A stretch of 64,000 nt of DNA from an uncultured Moraxella sp. (GCA_943908425.1 CALTTC010000003.1:40661-104660), one strand, 5' to 3'; numbered from the stretch's first letter, positions 19,920 to 31,272 are shown. A program made the numbers and translations. Notes: generated by a model not told the origin, from the sequence alone.

Positions 19920-21128
19920 TTAGTCTTTGGTAAATAATCGTGCCAGCATTCTATCGCAACGCTCAAGCTCACTAATGGCAATAAATTCATCCGCCTTATG
20001 TGCTTCATTGATACGCCCAGGGCCACAAATAACGGTAGGAATGTCCGCCTGATAAAAATGACCGCCTTCGGTCGCATAAGCCACTTTTTGTGTACTGATT
20101 TTTGGGGGATTGGCTGATGCATTATCTTGCGTTTTGGCTTTAGCAATCAGTGTTAATAATTCTGCTTGTTTATCATGACAAGGTAGTGCAGGCACCGCTA
20201 CCTTTTTGGTTAAATAAATGCCACATTCTGGAGCAATCTTTTGCATTGTTTGGCTTAATTTTTCGGCATAAGCACAAATTTTTTGGATAATGACGTCAGG
20301 GTCGCTATTGGGCAAATGGCGTTGTTCAAAAACAAACGAACAGCTGTCCGGCACGATATTAACCGCCGTACCGCCTTGTATCTGCCCCACCGACAGCGTA
20401 GTAAATGGCACATCAAAGGCGGTGTCTTGTACGCCATCTTTAGCTTCTTCGGCGACGTTGGTAATAAACTCAATCATTTTGGCACCATAGCTGATGGCAT
20501 TCACACCCACAGGTGTTAAACTTGAATGCGTGGATTTGCCTTGAATAGTGCATTCATAAACACTAATGCCTTTATGGGCAACCACCGCTTGCAGTTGTGT
20601 TGGCTCGCCAACGATACAGTAGTCAGGCACAGCCCCCCACGTTTTTAGCTTGGCAAGCAATAACGGCACGCCCAAACAGCCCACTTCTTCATCAAATGAC
20701 ACCGCCAAATGCAAAGGGTGAGTCAGCTTATTTTCTTTGGCAAGTCCTACCGCTTCGGGCAAAAAATTTAACACACAGGCAAGAAAACCTTTCATATCGC
20801 ACGCCCCACGCCCATAAATCTTGCCATCACTAATCCACGCACAAAACGGGTTTTGCGACCACGCTTGATTGGCGACAGGCACAACATCACTATGCCCAGA
20901 CAACACAATACCCCCACTTTGCTTAGCTTTAGCAGGGCTATGATTATAAATGCTCACCCATAAATTTGCCTTATCGCCAACAGCATTTGGCACAATCATC
21001 GGCGACAACCCAAGCGTCAATAAAAATGCGTGTATGTCATCAATCAGTGCCAAATTACTATTATGGCTTATCGTATCAAAACCAACTAAGCGTTGTAACC
21101 AATCGCTACTGTTATTAGGGTATGTCAT
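19920..21128 (-). CDS. argE: Acetylornithine deacetylase (M20 peptidase family)
   Basis: LSGHSDVVPV, GKIYGRGACDMKGF, IVGEPTQLQAVVAHKG and CGPGRINEAHKADEF align with E. coli ArgE motifs. Confidence 0.75.
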   Translation of the reverse strand: MTYPNNSSDWLQRLVGFDTISHNSNLALIDDIHAFLLTLGLSPMIVPNAVGDKANLWVSIYNHSPAKAKQSGGIVLSGHSDVVPVANQAWSQNPFCAWISDGKIYGRGACDMKGFLACVLNFLPEAVGLAKENKLTHPLHLAVSFDEEVGCLGVPLLLAKLKTWGAVPDYCIVGEPTQLQAVVAHKGISVYECTIQGKSTHSSLTPVGVNAISYGAKMIEFITNVAEEAKDGVQDTAFDVPFTTLSVGQIQGGTAVNIVPDSCSFVFEQRHLPNSDPDVIIQKICAYAEKLSQTMQKIAPECGIYLTKKVAVPALPCHDKQAELLTLIAKAKTQDNASANPPKISTQKVAYATEGGHFYQADIPTVICGPGRINEAHKADEFIAISELERCDRMLARLFTKD

Positions 21129-21474
21129 AACGCACCTGTATCGTGGGGGAGTTGGGTTGATTGTAGTTGTCCGATTTATATTCGCCTAAGATAGACCAAA
21201 GGCTAGGCTTGTAAACGACTGCGTTAGCGCCAATTTAAGGTAACTGATTATCAAAAAATATATTGAGTTAAAGTTATCTATTCACCATTTGTCTTAGCCC
21301 AAAAATAATGACCAAAGCTATTTTAACATGACAACTTATTAAGCCAACCCATTTTAAGCTAATCCACTGTATCTTATGACAATGGTAATGGGTAAGCGAC
21401 TGGTAGTTTTGTGAAGGCTTAATGCTACCACTTAGCTTTTTAAGTGCTATTCGCTATCTTTTGGCGTACTGTCT

Positions 21475-22113
21475 TTAATCACTTTCACTGGCGGTTTTGC
21501 GTCCCATTGCCAAGCCCTTAATAATAGCAAGCTCTTGAACGGGCTTTTTTTGACGGCGGGCGAACATCGCAGGCACAAGTCTTGCAAATTCATACAATTC
21601 AAAATACTGCGTCTCTTGCTCATCATCTAAATTTGCTGGCATTTGCGCCTCATCAGTAAAATCTAGCGCCGTCTCTTCGCCGACATCGCTTGGCAAACGC
21701 ACGCTGGCAACTTTTGCCAAATCGCTCAACGCTTGGCGCTCATCAGCTTGCAAATAAGTATCCGCCACGCCAATGCCACTAATAAATCCGCCCGCCCAAT
21801 CCTTTAATGCCAACACCCGTAAATCCAGCGCCCAATCATCCTCAGGCACAAGCGGGGCAAACTCTAACGCATCATCGCTATCACTGACCGCAAAGGCGAC
21901 ATCCTCACCGTATTGGGTCAAAAGCGCCAAGGCTTGCGCGCTAGGTATGGCAAAGCTTAGCTCGTGCAAAAGCTGTTGCCACTCCGCCTCGGTCGGTGCT
22001 TGTGCCACACAGACAATGCCAGTTAGCATACCGTGCAGCTCACTTACCGAAATATCCGTCCAATCCGCAAAAGCGCTTTGCCAGTCGTCAAATTCGCTGT
22101 TATATTCGTGCAT
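21475..22113 (-). CDS. UPF0149 family protein (YgfB-like)
   Basis: Acidic 212-aa protein with SVSELHGMLTGIVCV, lying in a conserved neighbourhood with zapA. Confidence 0.65.
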   Translation of the reverse strand: MHEYNSEFDDWQSAFADWTDISVSELHGMLTGIVCVAQAPTEAEWQQLLHELSFAIPSAQALALLTQYGEDVAFAVSDSDDALEFAPLVPEDDWALDLRVLALKDWAGGFISGIGVADTYLQADERQALSDLAKVASVRLPSDVGEETALDFTDEAQMPANLDDEQETQYFELYEFARLVPAMFARRQKKPVQELAIIKGLAMGRKTASESD

Positions 22114-22171
22114 TTTTGTTGCCTTTTTGGTTTATTTTCTATAGATTTAATGATATCATCTTTTTTATTTT

Positions 22172-22552
22172 TTGGGGCAACTTATGCTAGAAAAATTACA
22201 AACCCTTGAAGCACAAATTCAGACGCTTACCCAAAATTACCACGTCGCCTTGACCGACCTTGCCAACCTTAAAAATAAACCCAATAACGATGCCAAAAAC
22301 GAAGCAACGATTTTGGCATTAGGGCAAAAGCTCACTCAAGCCCAAGACGATTGCAAGACTTTAACCACCCAAGTACAAAACTTAACCAAACAGCTAGATG
22401 CCAGCCTTGCCGATATTGACAGCTTGCAAGCCGACAATGCCAATCTTAGCGAGATGGTAACTGCCCTACAAGAAAAAAACCGCCTTGCCATTGAACGCGC
22501 CGAACTCGTGAAAGACTGGCTTGTCAATATTGATAACGCCCGCAGCGAATAA
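22172..22552 (+). CDS. ZapA-associated coiled-coil protein (ZapB-like / TIGR02449-like)
   Basis: 126 aa, a continuous heptad coiled coil (LEKLQTLEAQIQTLTQ...), immediately upstream of zapA. Confidence 0.5.
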   Translation: MGQLMLEKLQTLEAQIQTLTQNYHVALTDLANLKNKPNNDAKNEATILALGQKLTQAQDDCKTLTTQVQNLTKQLDASLADIDSLQADNANLSEMVTALQEKNRLAIERAELVKDWLVNIDNARSE

Positions 22553-22573
22553 CCCATCATCAAAGGAATAATA

Positions 22574-23194
22574 ATGACTGAAAAAATGCACCCTGCCCTT
22601 GCCGCCTTACATATCGCTAACCAACAAAAGGAGCAACGTGACCAACGTGAACAAGCCAGCAAAACCAAAATTAATCCCGCTTATCTAAACTTAAAGGGCG
22701 AGGAGTTGGGCAATAGAGAGACGACAAACAAACCCAATCAAACCAACGAAACCACCGCCCAGCAGTCCATCAATATTACCCGCAGCCAGTCCGCCACGCC
22801 TGCCAAGCCAGCCATCTCACAAAAATTGCAACTAGGCAACAACACTGTCGCCCAACAAAAACTACTCAATAAACAAGACAACACCAGCACGTCAAGCACT
22901 TTAACGCGTGTAGATATTAGCATTGCTGGCACTTCTTATCGCATCAACTGCCCACGCGAGCATACGAGTACCTTACAAGAACATAGCGAGCGCCTGAATA
23001 AAGCCTTGCGTGATATTCGTAGTAATTTTGGCAACAAAAATCCAAGTAACGAGGAGCTACTCGTCTTGCACTGCCTTGCCTTATATGATGAGCTACATAC
23101 CGCCCATTCCCTGCAAGAAAAACAGCGTAATAATGACGTAAAAGCCGAAGCACTCATTGAACGGCTTATCAAGCAGACTAAAGAAGTCCTATAA
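22574..23194 (+). CDS. zapA: Cell division protein ZapA with a Q/N/T-rich low-complexity N-terminal extension of about 95 aa
   Basis: The C-terminal 100 aa (RVDISIAGTSYRINCP...LVLHCLALYDELH...) match the ZapA fold. The N-terminal half is low complexity. Confidence 0.8.
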   Translation: MTEKMHPALAALHIANQQKEQRDQREQASKTKINPAYLNLKGEELGNRETTNKPNQTNETTAQQSINITRSQSATPAKPAISQKLQLGNNTVAQQKLLNKQDNTSTSSTLTRVDISIAGTSYRINCPREHTSTLQEHSERLNKALRDIRSNFGNKNPSNEELLVLHCLALYDELHTAHSLQEKQRNNDVKAEALIERLIKQTKEVL

Positions 23195-23201
23195 AAAAGT
23201 T

Positions 23202-23612
23202 TTACAGACGGTGCTGTGCGGGTAATTTTTTGATAAAATACAATAACAACCCAAGCAGCCACCCAAGCAAAATAAATTCCAAAACCGCCACCATGATAAC
23301 CACAGTCGGCGCTTGCTGATAGCTATCATTTAATAAGCCACTGCCCACCGTTGCCAAATATATAAGTAGCACCAGCGCCACCCAAATCAGGCGCTCGGCG
23401 TTTTTGCCGTGCCACAAGCTACGCACACACAACAAAGCCGGCAATAAAAGAACCAACTGCCAGCCCCAAAATGTCCACGATAATTGCTTGACAACAAAAC
23501 CCATCACCAAGGGCATAGCAAGTAAGCGCCACAACAGCCAAATGATCAAGCTGTATTTAACTTTGTGATGAAGCTTTGCTAAGTGGGTGGGTGAGGGGGA
23601 GGAAACAGCCAC
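23202..23612 (-). CDS. Small integral membrane protein (DUF-type, function unknown)
   Basis: Four predicted hydrophobic helices. 136 aa or shorter if an internal Met is used. Confidence 0.45.
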   Translation of the reverse strand: MAVSSPSPTHLAKLHHKVKYSLIIWLLWRLLAMPLVMGFVVKQLSWTFWGWQLVLLLPALLCVRSLWHGKNAERLIWVALVLLIYLATVGSGLLNDSYQQAPTVVIMVAVLEFILLGWLLGLLLYFIKKLPAQHRL

Positions 23613-23745
23613 AGCGATATTACCGACAGGAATTTGTCGCCATTATACCCAATTTGCAAAAAACTTACGAAACTTTTACGCTTATCTTTTGTTTTCATAG
23701 CAAAAGTTTGTTAAAATCTCCCAATTTACTTTCGCTGAAAACGAT

Positions 23746-25272
23746 ATGGACACTCTTTTAAACAAATTGCCGTTTGCGCACCACAGCTGGTTTATGTATT
23801 TACGCATGCTTGTGCGCCATTTTTTGGAAGACAACTGCACCCAAAAGGCAGCAAGTTTGACTTATACCACACTCTTATCGCTTGTGCCAATGATTGCCAT
23901 TGTGCTCGTGATTTTCTCTACCGTGCCAGCGCTAGAAAACGCGCGTGAGCAAGTACAGCAAGCCATCTATAGCAATTTGTTGCCGTCATCAAGCCGACAA
24001 GTCAGCGAATACATCAACAATTTTGCACAAAATTACGCCAAATTTACCTTTGTGGGTATTAGTGTCTTATTGTTCACCACCGTTACTACTCTTATCACCA
24101 TTGAAACCGCCTTTAATCAAATCTGGCGCGTGGAAGAACAAACAGGCGGGGTCAAGAGTACCTTGCGTTATGTCGCCATGGTGATTGGCATTCCGCTGAT
24201 TTTGGGCGTGGCGTTTATTGCCTCGAGCGCCATTCAAAGTGCAGATTTTTTGAATCGGCAAATCGGTGGCTACGGCATGAACTGGGCGATATGGGGACAA
24301 GTTTTATCGTTTATTATCACCTGTGGTGGCTTTATTGCCATGTATTGGTTTATCCCTAAAGTGCAAGTGCCACTAAAAAATGCCGCCATCGCGGGGATTA
24401 TTATTGCCATTTTATTTGAACTCGTGAAGCGGTTTTTCGGGTTGGCAATTACCAATTTTACAAGCTATGAAGCCATTTATGGGGCATTTGCCGCCTTGCC
24501 AATTTTCTTGTTGTGGCTGTATATTTCGTGGAATTTGATTTTGATTGGTGTGGAGATTAGCTACACCTTAACCATCTTTGATACCGATGAAGTGCCGGTG
24601 CGCCACCCCATGCTTAGCTTGCTTGACATGCTAAATCTTATCTACAAAAACTACAAAGAAGATAAAGGTACAAGCGAAGCAGAATTGCGCGAGGTATTAG
24701 GACGTAAAGAGCTACCCAAATGGCACACCTACATCTCACATTTGATTGAAAATGGACTCATCACCCAAACCGACAAAGCCGAATACACCCTAAAAACCAA
24801 CCTTAACACCATCAACCTATGGCAATTTTATAAAACTTTGCCCTACCCCCTACCAATCAAAGAAGAGCTTATCCAATTAAAAGAAGTGGATTACGATCCG
24901 TGGTATGTGGAGATTTATCAGCAGTTAAAAACCGTGGAAACCACCACTCGCCAAAGTCTTAATATGCCCTTAGCGCACTTATTTGAGACAGCGCCCTTGC
25001 GCCCCAAACGCGAGGTGATGGCAATGGCAAGTAACGAGCACGCAAGTGACGCGCGTATGGACGGTGTGTACAATAATGATGCAAGCTTTGATAAAGCCGC
25101 ACGCAAAACCGAAACCACAAGCGATAACGACAGCGAGCTATTAATTCCTGATGGCGAGGCGGCATTTACCGCTGGCACGTTTGGCAAGATTGCTCGCTTA
25201 ACCAAAAAAGCGCGCCACTTTATTGGACGTGGACGTGGAGCGCTTGAGGACGTGAAGCGTAATTTTAGGTAG
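23746..25272 (+). CDS. YihY/BrkB-family inner membrane protein with a C-terminal soluble extension of about 220 aa
   Basis: YLRMLVRHFLEDNCTQKAASLTYTTLLSLVPMIAIV is the YihY signature, with six TM segments. The C-terminal 220 aa are hydrophilic. Confidence 0.75.
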   Translation: MDTLLNKLPFAHHSWFMYLRMLVRHFLEDNCTQKAASLTYTTLLSLVPMIAIVLVIFSTVPALENAREQVQQAIYSNLLPSSSRQVSEYINNFAQNYAKFTFVGISVLLFTTVTTLITIETAFNQIWRVEEQTGGVKSTLRYVAMVIGIPLILGVAFIASSAIQSADFLNRQIGGYGMNWAIWGQVLSFIITCGGFIAMYWFIPKVQVPLKNAAIAGIIIAILFELVKRFFGLAITNFTSYEAIYGAFAALPIFLLWLYISWNLILIGVEISYTLTIFDTDEVPVRHPMLSLLDMLNLIYKNYKEDKGTSEAELREVLGRKELPKWHTYISHLIENGLITQTDKAEYTLKTNLNTINLWQFYKTLPYPLPIKEELIQLKEVDYDPWYVEIYQQLKTVETTTRQSLNMPLAHLFETAPLRPKREVMAMASNEHASDARMDGVYNNDASFDKAARKTETTSDNDSELLIPDGEAAFTAGTFGKIARLTKKARHFIGRGRGALEDVKRNFR

Positions 25273-25290
25273 CACTAGCTTACCCAAAAA

Positions 25291-25317
25291 AGCCGTATGA
25301 CAAAACGGCTTTTTTTA
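25291..25317. terminator. Bidirectional rho-independent terminator between yihY (+) and the pyrC-like gene (-)
   Basis: AAAAAAGCCGT-ATGACAAA-ACGGCTTTTTTT. Confidence 0.7.
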
Positions 25318-26481
25318 GTCAAAGAAGACAGCAACTACCTTGCCTTGTAAGCGCTCACCCAAAAACGGCGTATTTTTACCTTGGGATAATAAAGTATCTT
25401 TGGTTACTTGCCACGTTTTATTAGGATCAACAACAATGGCACCGCCTGTGCTTTGCCATAAGGCATCAATGCCGGCAATGGAAGCAGGATTGGTGGCGAT
25501 TTTGGCAACCAACTGCTCGGCACTCAGCACGCCATCTGCCACAAGCTTACAGCCCAACGCCATAAAAGTGTCAAAGGCGCTAATGCCGGGTATCGCTTCG
25601 GCAAATGGGGCAAATTTATCCCTTAATGACAACGGCGTATGATGACTACAAATTGCATCAATCGTGCCATCTTGCAAGCCTGCAAGCAAGGCTTGACGGT
25701 CTTGCTCACTGCGTAATGGCGGCAAAACATAGGCATTAGTATCAAAACCAATGAGCGCATTCTCGGTCAAATGTAGCTGGTGCATTGCCACATCACAAGT
25801 CACGTTAAGCCCTTCGGTCTTTGCCTCGCGGATTAGTTGCACCGAATTTTGGCAAGACAATTGGCTAAAATGCGCGCGTACATTGGTATGTTTAATCAGT
25901 AGCAACTGCTTGGCAATGGCGGCGGTTTCGGCAACGCTAGCAATGGCAGGTAATCCCTGATAAGTAGCGATAAAACCATCGTGCGCCACACCCGCCTTGG
26001 CTAAGGCAGATTCATTGGGATAAAAAAACACCGGTATTGCAAAATTAGCCGCGTATTCCAAAGCGCGCAATAACACATCGTCATTTGCCATATCAGCACG
26101 TGCATTACTTACCGCTATCGCCCCTGCCTGTTGTAATGCCAACATATCAGCCGGCGCTGTCCCTGCCAGTTCTGCGGTCATCGCCCCAAGAGCGTGCACA
26201 AACACACCCTGCGCCCGCGCCTTGCTCTGTAATTCTTGAATTGCCGAGCAATTATCCAAAACTTCTGGGCTATCTGGCGGCACCACCAAATGTAAAAACC
26301 CATTTTGCCGTGCCGCATGACTTTCGCTGGCAAAGGCATTGGCAAGTGTGCCATAGGGTATTGCGCACAAATCCACGAGTGGTGGTAATAGCCAAAGCTT
26401 ATCATCCGTCCCACAAAGTGCCTTTGCCTGCGCTACTAACTTTGCTGTATCGCCACTAGATTTTGCTAAAAAATTTTGCAT
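25315..26481 (-). CDS. Dihydroorotase-like protein (PyrC-prime, probably the non-catalytic ATCase partner)
   Basis: Amidohydrolase fold with dihydroorotase-like features, immediately downstream of pyrB as in Pseudomonas pyrB-pyrC'. Confidence 0.7.
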   Translation of the reverse strand: MQNFLAKSSGDTAKLVAQAKALCGTDDKLWLLPPLVDLCAIPYGTLANAFASESHAARQNGFLHLVVPPDSPEVLDNCSAIQELQSKARAQGVFVHALGAMTAELAGTAPADMLALQQAGAIAVSNARADMANDDVLLRALEYAANFAIPVFFYPNESALAKAGVAHDGFIATYQGLPAIASVAETAAIAKQLLLIKHTNVRAHFSQLSCQNSVQLIREAKTEGLNVTCDVAMHQLHLTENALIGFDTNAYVLPPLRSEQDRQALLAGLQDGTIDAICSHHTPLSLRDKFAPFAEAIPGISAFDTFMALGCKLVADGVLSAEQLVAKIATNPASIAGIDALWQSTGGAIVVDPNKTWQVTKDTLLSQGKNTPFLGERLQGKVVAVFFD

Positions 26482-26546
26482 AGTTATCCTTTGTTATCTC
26501 TAATACCGCCCAAGCGTATCGGGGTTATCTGCCGTGCATAAATAGG

Positions 26547-27572
26547 CTAACTTGCCTGCCCAGCAATGGTCTCAGCAAGTATCGCCATGCGCACCGCAAT
26601 GCCGTTATTAACTTGCTTTAAAATCACTGATTGCACCCCATCGGCAACTTCTGAGGCAATTTCTACCCCACGATTGATCGGACCTGGGTGCATCACCAAA
26701 GCATCAGTTTTGGCAAGGGCGACACGGTCTTTGGTGAGTCCATACGCCTTAAAATATTCTTGCACCGAGGGCAACAGTGGCGAGCCAATACGCTCATTCT
26801 GGATACGCAAACCGATAATCACATCTACATCACGTAGCCCTTGCTCAATGTCGTTGTACACTTGTACATTGTAATCCGTCATCGCGCTTGGCAACAACGT
26901 TTTTGGGGCAATCACCCGAATATCAGGCACCCCTAAGCACTGCAAAGCGGCGATATCAGAGCGTGCCACACGGCTGTGCTTAATATCACCAATAATCGCG
27001 ACCGACAAGCGCTCAAACGGGCGTGGGCATTCACGGTAAATGGTAAGCATATCCAGCATTGCTTGCGTGGGGTGGGCGTGCCAGCCATCGCCAGCGTTAA
27101 TGACCGCCACGTTTGGCACGACCGCTTTTGCAATAAAATGCGCCACCCCCGACACGTTATGACGCACCACAAAAGCATCGGCACTCATCGCCTCTAGATT
27201 CCATAGCGTATCCGATAGACTCTCACCCTTACTTGTGCTGGATTTTGCAATATCAAGACTTACAACATCCGCCCCCAGTCGCTTGGCAGCGAGCTCAAAG
27301 GTGGTGCGTGTACGCGTGGAATTCTCAAAAAACAGATTCACCACCGTATGCCCTGCCAACTCCTTAGTATGGACAATCTTGCCGTCTTGAATGTAGCTGT
27401 CAGCTTTATAAATAAGCTGCATGAGCTGTTCGCCTGACAAGCCCTCCACCCCAATAAAATGCTTTAGCGCCCCTGTCGTCAAGACTTGTGGTGCTACCAT
27501 CGCTTGCGCTAGTAACGCTTGCCTTGCCGCGCCAGTTAGTGTTTGTTTCTCAAAAATTGTTGTCATTGCCAC
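26547..27572 (-). CDS. pyrB: Aspartate carbamoyltransferase catalytic subunit
   Basis: STRTR carbamoyl-phosphate motif ([13 protein letters not shown]), plus HPTQ and HPGP(INRG) motifs. Confidence 0.9.
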   Translation of the reverse strand: MAMTTIFEKQTLTGAARQALLAQAMVAPQVLTTGALKHFIGVEGLSGEQLMQLIYKADSYIQDGKIVHTKELAGHTVVNLFFENSTRTRTTFELAAKRLGADVVSLDIAKSSTSKGESLSDTLWNLEAMSADAFVVRHNVSGVAHFIAKAVVPNVAVINAGDGWHAHPTQAMLDMLTIYRECPRPFERLSVAIIGDIKHSRVARSDIAALQCLGVPDIRVIAPKTLLPSAMTDYNVQVYNDIEQGLRDVDVIIGLRIQNERIGSPLLPSVQEYFKAYGLTKDRVALAKTDALVMHPGPINRGVEIASEVADGVQSVILKQVNNGIAVRMAILAETIAGQAS

Positions 27573-27766
27573 CCCTTGTTATCTGCACCCAATATTCACG
27601 AGCAAAAACATGAATACCCAGTTGCCGCAACCAAATTAGCCATTATTAGCGGATTTATTGTAGCGTATTTTACGCGGATTTTCTTAGCTTTTTTTGCTAA
27701 ATTTTTCGCCTACAGTATGTTGATTCGTGGTAAAATTAGGCTTTTTATCATATATAGGTTGTCCAT

Positions 27767-28765
27767 ATGCTGATTGACGTTACCACCCTTGCCGACTATT
27801 TAGCAAAAAATGAGGCAAATGAAGCAGTCACTAGCACCCTATTAACTATCGCTACTGTTGGCGGACAAATTAGCAACTTATTGCGCCGTGGGGCACTGGC
27901 GGATATTTTGGGCGATGCTGGCAAGGATAACGTGCAAGGGGAAGCCCAACAAAAACTTGATGTCATCGCTAACGACTTACTATTAAACGCACTGTGTGCG
28001 AACCGACACTGCGCTGGCGTGGCGAGCGAGGAGCTAGAGCACAGTATTCCCGCCCACGCTGATGGTAGCTTGCTTGTCTTATTTGACCCTTTAGATGGCT
28101 CAAGCAACATTGCCATTAATATGAGTGTTGGGACAATTTTTTCTATCTTGCCGCACCATAAGTCAGGACAAGCGACACAAGATGAGGATTTTTTACAAGC
28201 AGGTACCGCCCAGTTAGCGGCAGGCTACCTATTATACGGTAGCTCCACCATGCTGTCTTTGACGCTAGGTAATGGCGTGGCAATGTTTACCCTTGACCCA
28301 ACGCTTGGGCAATTTGTGCAAATCCGTGATAATGTTCAAATCGCCGCCGATACCGCCGAATTTGCCATCAATGCCTCCAACGAACGCTACTGGCTACCGC
28401 CCATGCAGCGCTACATTCGCGAGCTTGTAGCGGGTGATACCGGCGTACGCGCCAAAGATTATAACATGCGCTGGATTGCCGCCATGGTCGGTGACATTCA
28501 CCGTATTTTGTGCCGTGGCGGTATATTTACCTATCCCTTTGATACCAAATTCGCCAATAAAGCCGGCAAGTTACGCCTCATGTATGAAGCCAATCCCATG
28601 AGCTTTATCATTGAACAAGCCGGCGGCGCAAGCACCGATGCTGTCACGCGCATTATGGATATCACGCCAACCCACATTCATCAGCGCGTACCGGTCGTCC
28701 TTGGCGCAAAAAACGAGGTAGCGTACGTTAAAGCACTACACGAAGCGTTTAGCGAAGATAAATAA
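27767..28765 (+). CDS. fbp: Fructose-1,6-bisphosphatase class 1
   Basis: ASEE..., DPLDGSSN and [11 protein letters not shown] are FBPase class I motifs. Confidence 0.9.
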   Translation: MLIDVTTLADYLAKNEANEAVTSTLLTIATVGGQISNLLRRGALADILGDAGKDNVQGEAQQKLDVIANDLLLNALCANRHCAGVASEELEHSIPAHADGSLLVLFDPLDGSSNIAINMSVGTIFSILPHHKSGQATQDEDFLQAGTAQLAAGYLLYGSSTMLSLTLGNGVAMFTLDPTLGQFVQIRDNVQIAADTAEFAINASNERYWLPPMQRYIRELVAGDTGVRAKDYNMRWIAAMVGDIHRILCRGGIFTYPFDTKFANKAGKLRLMYEANPMSFIIEQAGGASTDAVTRIMDITPTHIHQRVPVVLGAKNEVAYVKALHEAFSEDK

Positions 28766-28782
28766 CTAGCACGCGCCATTAT

Positions 28783-29568
28783 TTGCCAAGAGAGACTATG
28801 CTCATCACCTCCAAAAACAACCCCAGCCTAAAGACACTACAAGGGCTGCTTAGTGAATCTCGCCTACGCAAAAAACACCAGCAGACGGTATTAGAAGGTA
28901 CGCATTTATTACAAAATTTACTAGCAAGTCATCTCACCCCCGTACAGGTCATTATTAGCGACAGTAGCCACACTTACCCAGAAATTGCCGAGCTACTTAG
29001 CGCACTCAAGGACACGCCTGTACTTACCGTGAGCGATGGTCTTTATAAACAGTTACGCACCCTAGGCACAAGTCTACCGATTATGGCAATCATCGACACG
29101 CCAATGCCTGCTATAGCGCCAGTGACTTCTGACTGTCTAATAATTGATGGCGTACAGGACACTGGCAATCTTGGCACACTACTGCGCACCGCTGCTGCTA
29201 CTGGTTTTCATAAAGTGCTTTGTACAACAACCACAGCATCGGCGTGGTCACCCAAAACACTGCGAGCGGGCATGGGCGCACATTTCTCCCTAACTATTTA
29301 TGAACAGCTTGACGCAACAAGCATTTTGACAAACGTCAAAGTGCCACTATTTGCCACAAGCTCGCACGCTAAAGACACTATTTTTGCACATGATTTGCGC
29401 GCGCCACTTGCTTTGGTCATGGGTAATGAAGGACAAGGCGTCCAACCTGCACTTTTAACAGTCGCAACTACCATCGCTTTACCCCAGTTAGGACAAGAAA
29501 GCCTAAATGTGGCAGTAGCAGGCTCTATCTGCCTATATGAAGTTCTACGCCAACGCCATTATGCTTAG
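28783..29568 (+). CDS. TrmH/SpoU-family RNA 2'-O-methyltransferase
   Basis: SpoU MTase motifs (LVMGNEGQG.. and the SPOUT knot region). 261 aa. Confidence 0.7.
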   Translation: MPRETMLITSKNNPSLKTLQGLLSESRLRKKHQQTVLEGTHLLQNLLASHLTPVQVIISDSSHTYPEIAELLSALKDTPVLTVSDGLYKQLRTLGTSLPIMAIIDTPMPAIAPVTSDCLIIDGVQDTGNLGTLLRTAAATGFHKVLCTTTTASAWSPKTLRAGMGAHFSLTIYEQLDATSILTNVKVPLFATSSHAKDTIFAHDLRAPLALVMGNEGQGVQPALLTVATTIALPQLGQESLNVAVAGSICLYEVLRQRHYA

Positions 29569-29678
29569 CATAAAAAGCTTTGCGATCACGCGTATTTTTT
29601 GTGCATTTGCGTAACGCTGACTTGTATTTTTAATGAAATGACTTACTATAGGCTTATTTGATTTGTAGGTTACTAAAA

Positions 29679-30572
29679 ATGATGCGTATTGGTTTATTTT
29701 TATTGACTAACCTTGCTGTAATACTCGTATTCGGCGTGGTCATGACCATTTTGTCAAAATTCTTTGGGATTGGTGGCGTACACGGTGCACAAGGACTCAA
29801 TCTTACAGCGCTGGCTATTATGTGCTTTATTTATGGCATGGTAGGGTCGCTGATTTCATTATTTTTATCCAAATGGCTTGCCAAAAAATCTACCGGCACG
29901 CGCGTTATCACCACCCCAAATACCGCCGTTGAACAATGGCTATTAGACACCGTCGCCAAACAGGCAAAAAGTGTCAAAGTTGCCATGCCTGAAGTGGGTA
30001 TTTTTAATAACCCCCAGCCCAACGCCTTCGCCACTGGCTGGAACAAAAATGCCGCACTCGTTGCCGTCTCCACAGGGCTACTAGAGACCATGAGCGCCGA
30101 TGAAGTAGAAGCTGTGCTCGCCCACGAGATGGGGCATGTAGCGAATGGCGATATGGTTACCTTAGCGCTATTGCAAGGGGTAGTGAACGCCTTTGTTATG
30201 TTCTTTGCGCGGATTGTCGGCAGTTTTGTGGATAGAGCGGTATTTAAAAACAACGGCGATGCCCCAGGTCCTGGATACTATATTACAAGCCTAGTCATGG
30301 ATATGTTGCTTGGCATATTAGCGACAGCTATTGTCATGTGGTTTTCACGCTATAGAGAGTTCCGCGCCGATGCCATGGGCGCGCGCCTTGCCGGGCGTGA
30401 CAAGATGATTAGTGCACTAAATGCCCTACGCCCTACCCAACACCAGCCAAGTCATATGCCCGAATCTATGAAAGCTTTTGCATTTTCTGCTGGTAAAGTC
30501 GCCAATCTGTTTCGCTCGCACCCACCTTTGGACGTTAGAATTCAAGCCTTACAGCGCTTGAATGACAATTAA
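29679..30572 (+). CDS. htpX: Protease HtpX (M48 zinc metalloprotease). The start is taken at MMRIGLF.
   Basis: N-terminal TM helices and HEMGH zinc motif ([12 protein letters not shown]). Confidence 0.9.
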   Translation: MMRIGLFLLTNLAVILVFGVVMTILSKFFGIGGVHGAQGLNLTALAIMCFIYGMVGSLISLFLSKWLAKKSTGTRVITTPNTAVEQWLLDTVAKQAKSVKVAMPEVGIFNNPQPNAFATGWNKNAALVAVSTGLLETMSADEVEAVLAHEMGHVANGDMVTLALLQGVVNAFVMFFARIVGSFVDRAVFKNNGDAPGPGYYITSLVMDMLLGILATAIVMWFSRYREFRADAMGARLAGRDKMISALNALRPTQHQPSHMPESMKAFAFSAGKVANLFRSHPPLDVRIQALQRLNDN

Positions 30573-30615
30573 CGCGTTAATCGGCTTTTATTTGCAATAA
30601 CTCAAAATAAAATAG

Positions 30616-30640
30616 CACCTAAATTTTTTAGGTGTTTTTC
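30616..30640 (+). terminator. Rho-independent terminator of htpX
   Basis: CACCTAAA-TTT-TTTAGGTG followed by TTTTT. Confidence 0.65.
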
Positions 30641-31182
30641 ATTGTTAAGCAATCTATGGTAAATTTTGTTATTAAATAACTGGTACTATAAACAAGCCCT
30701 GTCAAGCTTTAGCAAAGTCTGTGATGATGGATTGGTCTGAAAGCCAACTACCGACCAAGTTGCAAATAGCTATACCATTTTGCCAAATGGAGCTAAACCA
30801 ATTCAGGCGTTGTTGTTTGGTAATAAAACTTATTTTGTGATCTATCTCACTAAATTTAAACACTATCTAAATTCCACATAAAATGACAAACAAACCATCA
30901 GTACAGTACAACCCAACCGCTCAATCCTAATCCTGTCTTAATTTTTTAATTCAGTACCAAACTTACCCAACGGGAATTAAATCAGGCGAGTAAAGTAAGT
31001 AGCCAAATAATGCCATTAAATCTTATCTTTTGTAAAATTTAACATTACCCATTACAACTATGCTACTTGGGAGTTTTGGTTGGTTAAACCTACTTTATTC
31101 AAGCGTAGATCGCTTGATACTCATAAAATTTGACAAAAAGCATTTATCAGAAAACACTGGGTTGGAATACTCTCTATCACCT

Positions 31183-31215
31183 GACAAACCAAAACAAAAC
31201 CCGCTAAAGCGGGTT
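31183..31215 (-). terminator. Rho-independent terminator of the minor-pilin operon (minus strand)
   Basis: On the minus strand: AACCCGC-TTTA-GCGGGTT followed by TTTGTTTTGGTTT. Confidence 0.6.
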
Positions 31216-31272
31216 AGAGCAAAATTATAAAAATTTTAACCAGAGTGAATGTAAAGCAATGCTATCAAACAA

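Noticed and set aside
23195-23745. Looked for 6S RNA (ssrS) downstream of zapA, as in E. coli and Pseudomonas
   Set aside because: The interval is occupied by a minus-strand membrane-protein ORF and AT-rich sequence. No long GC-rich imperfect hairpin is recognisable by eye, so it cannot be called without a covariance-model scan.
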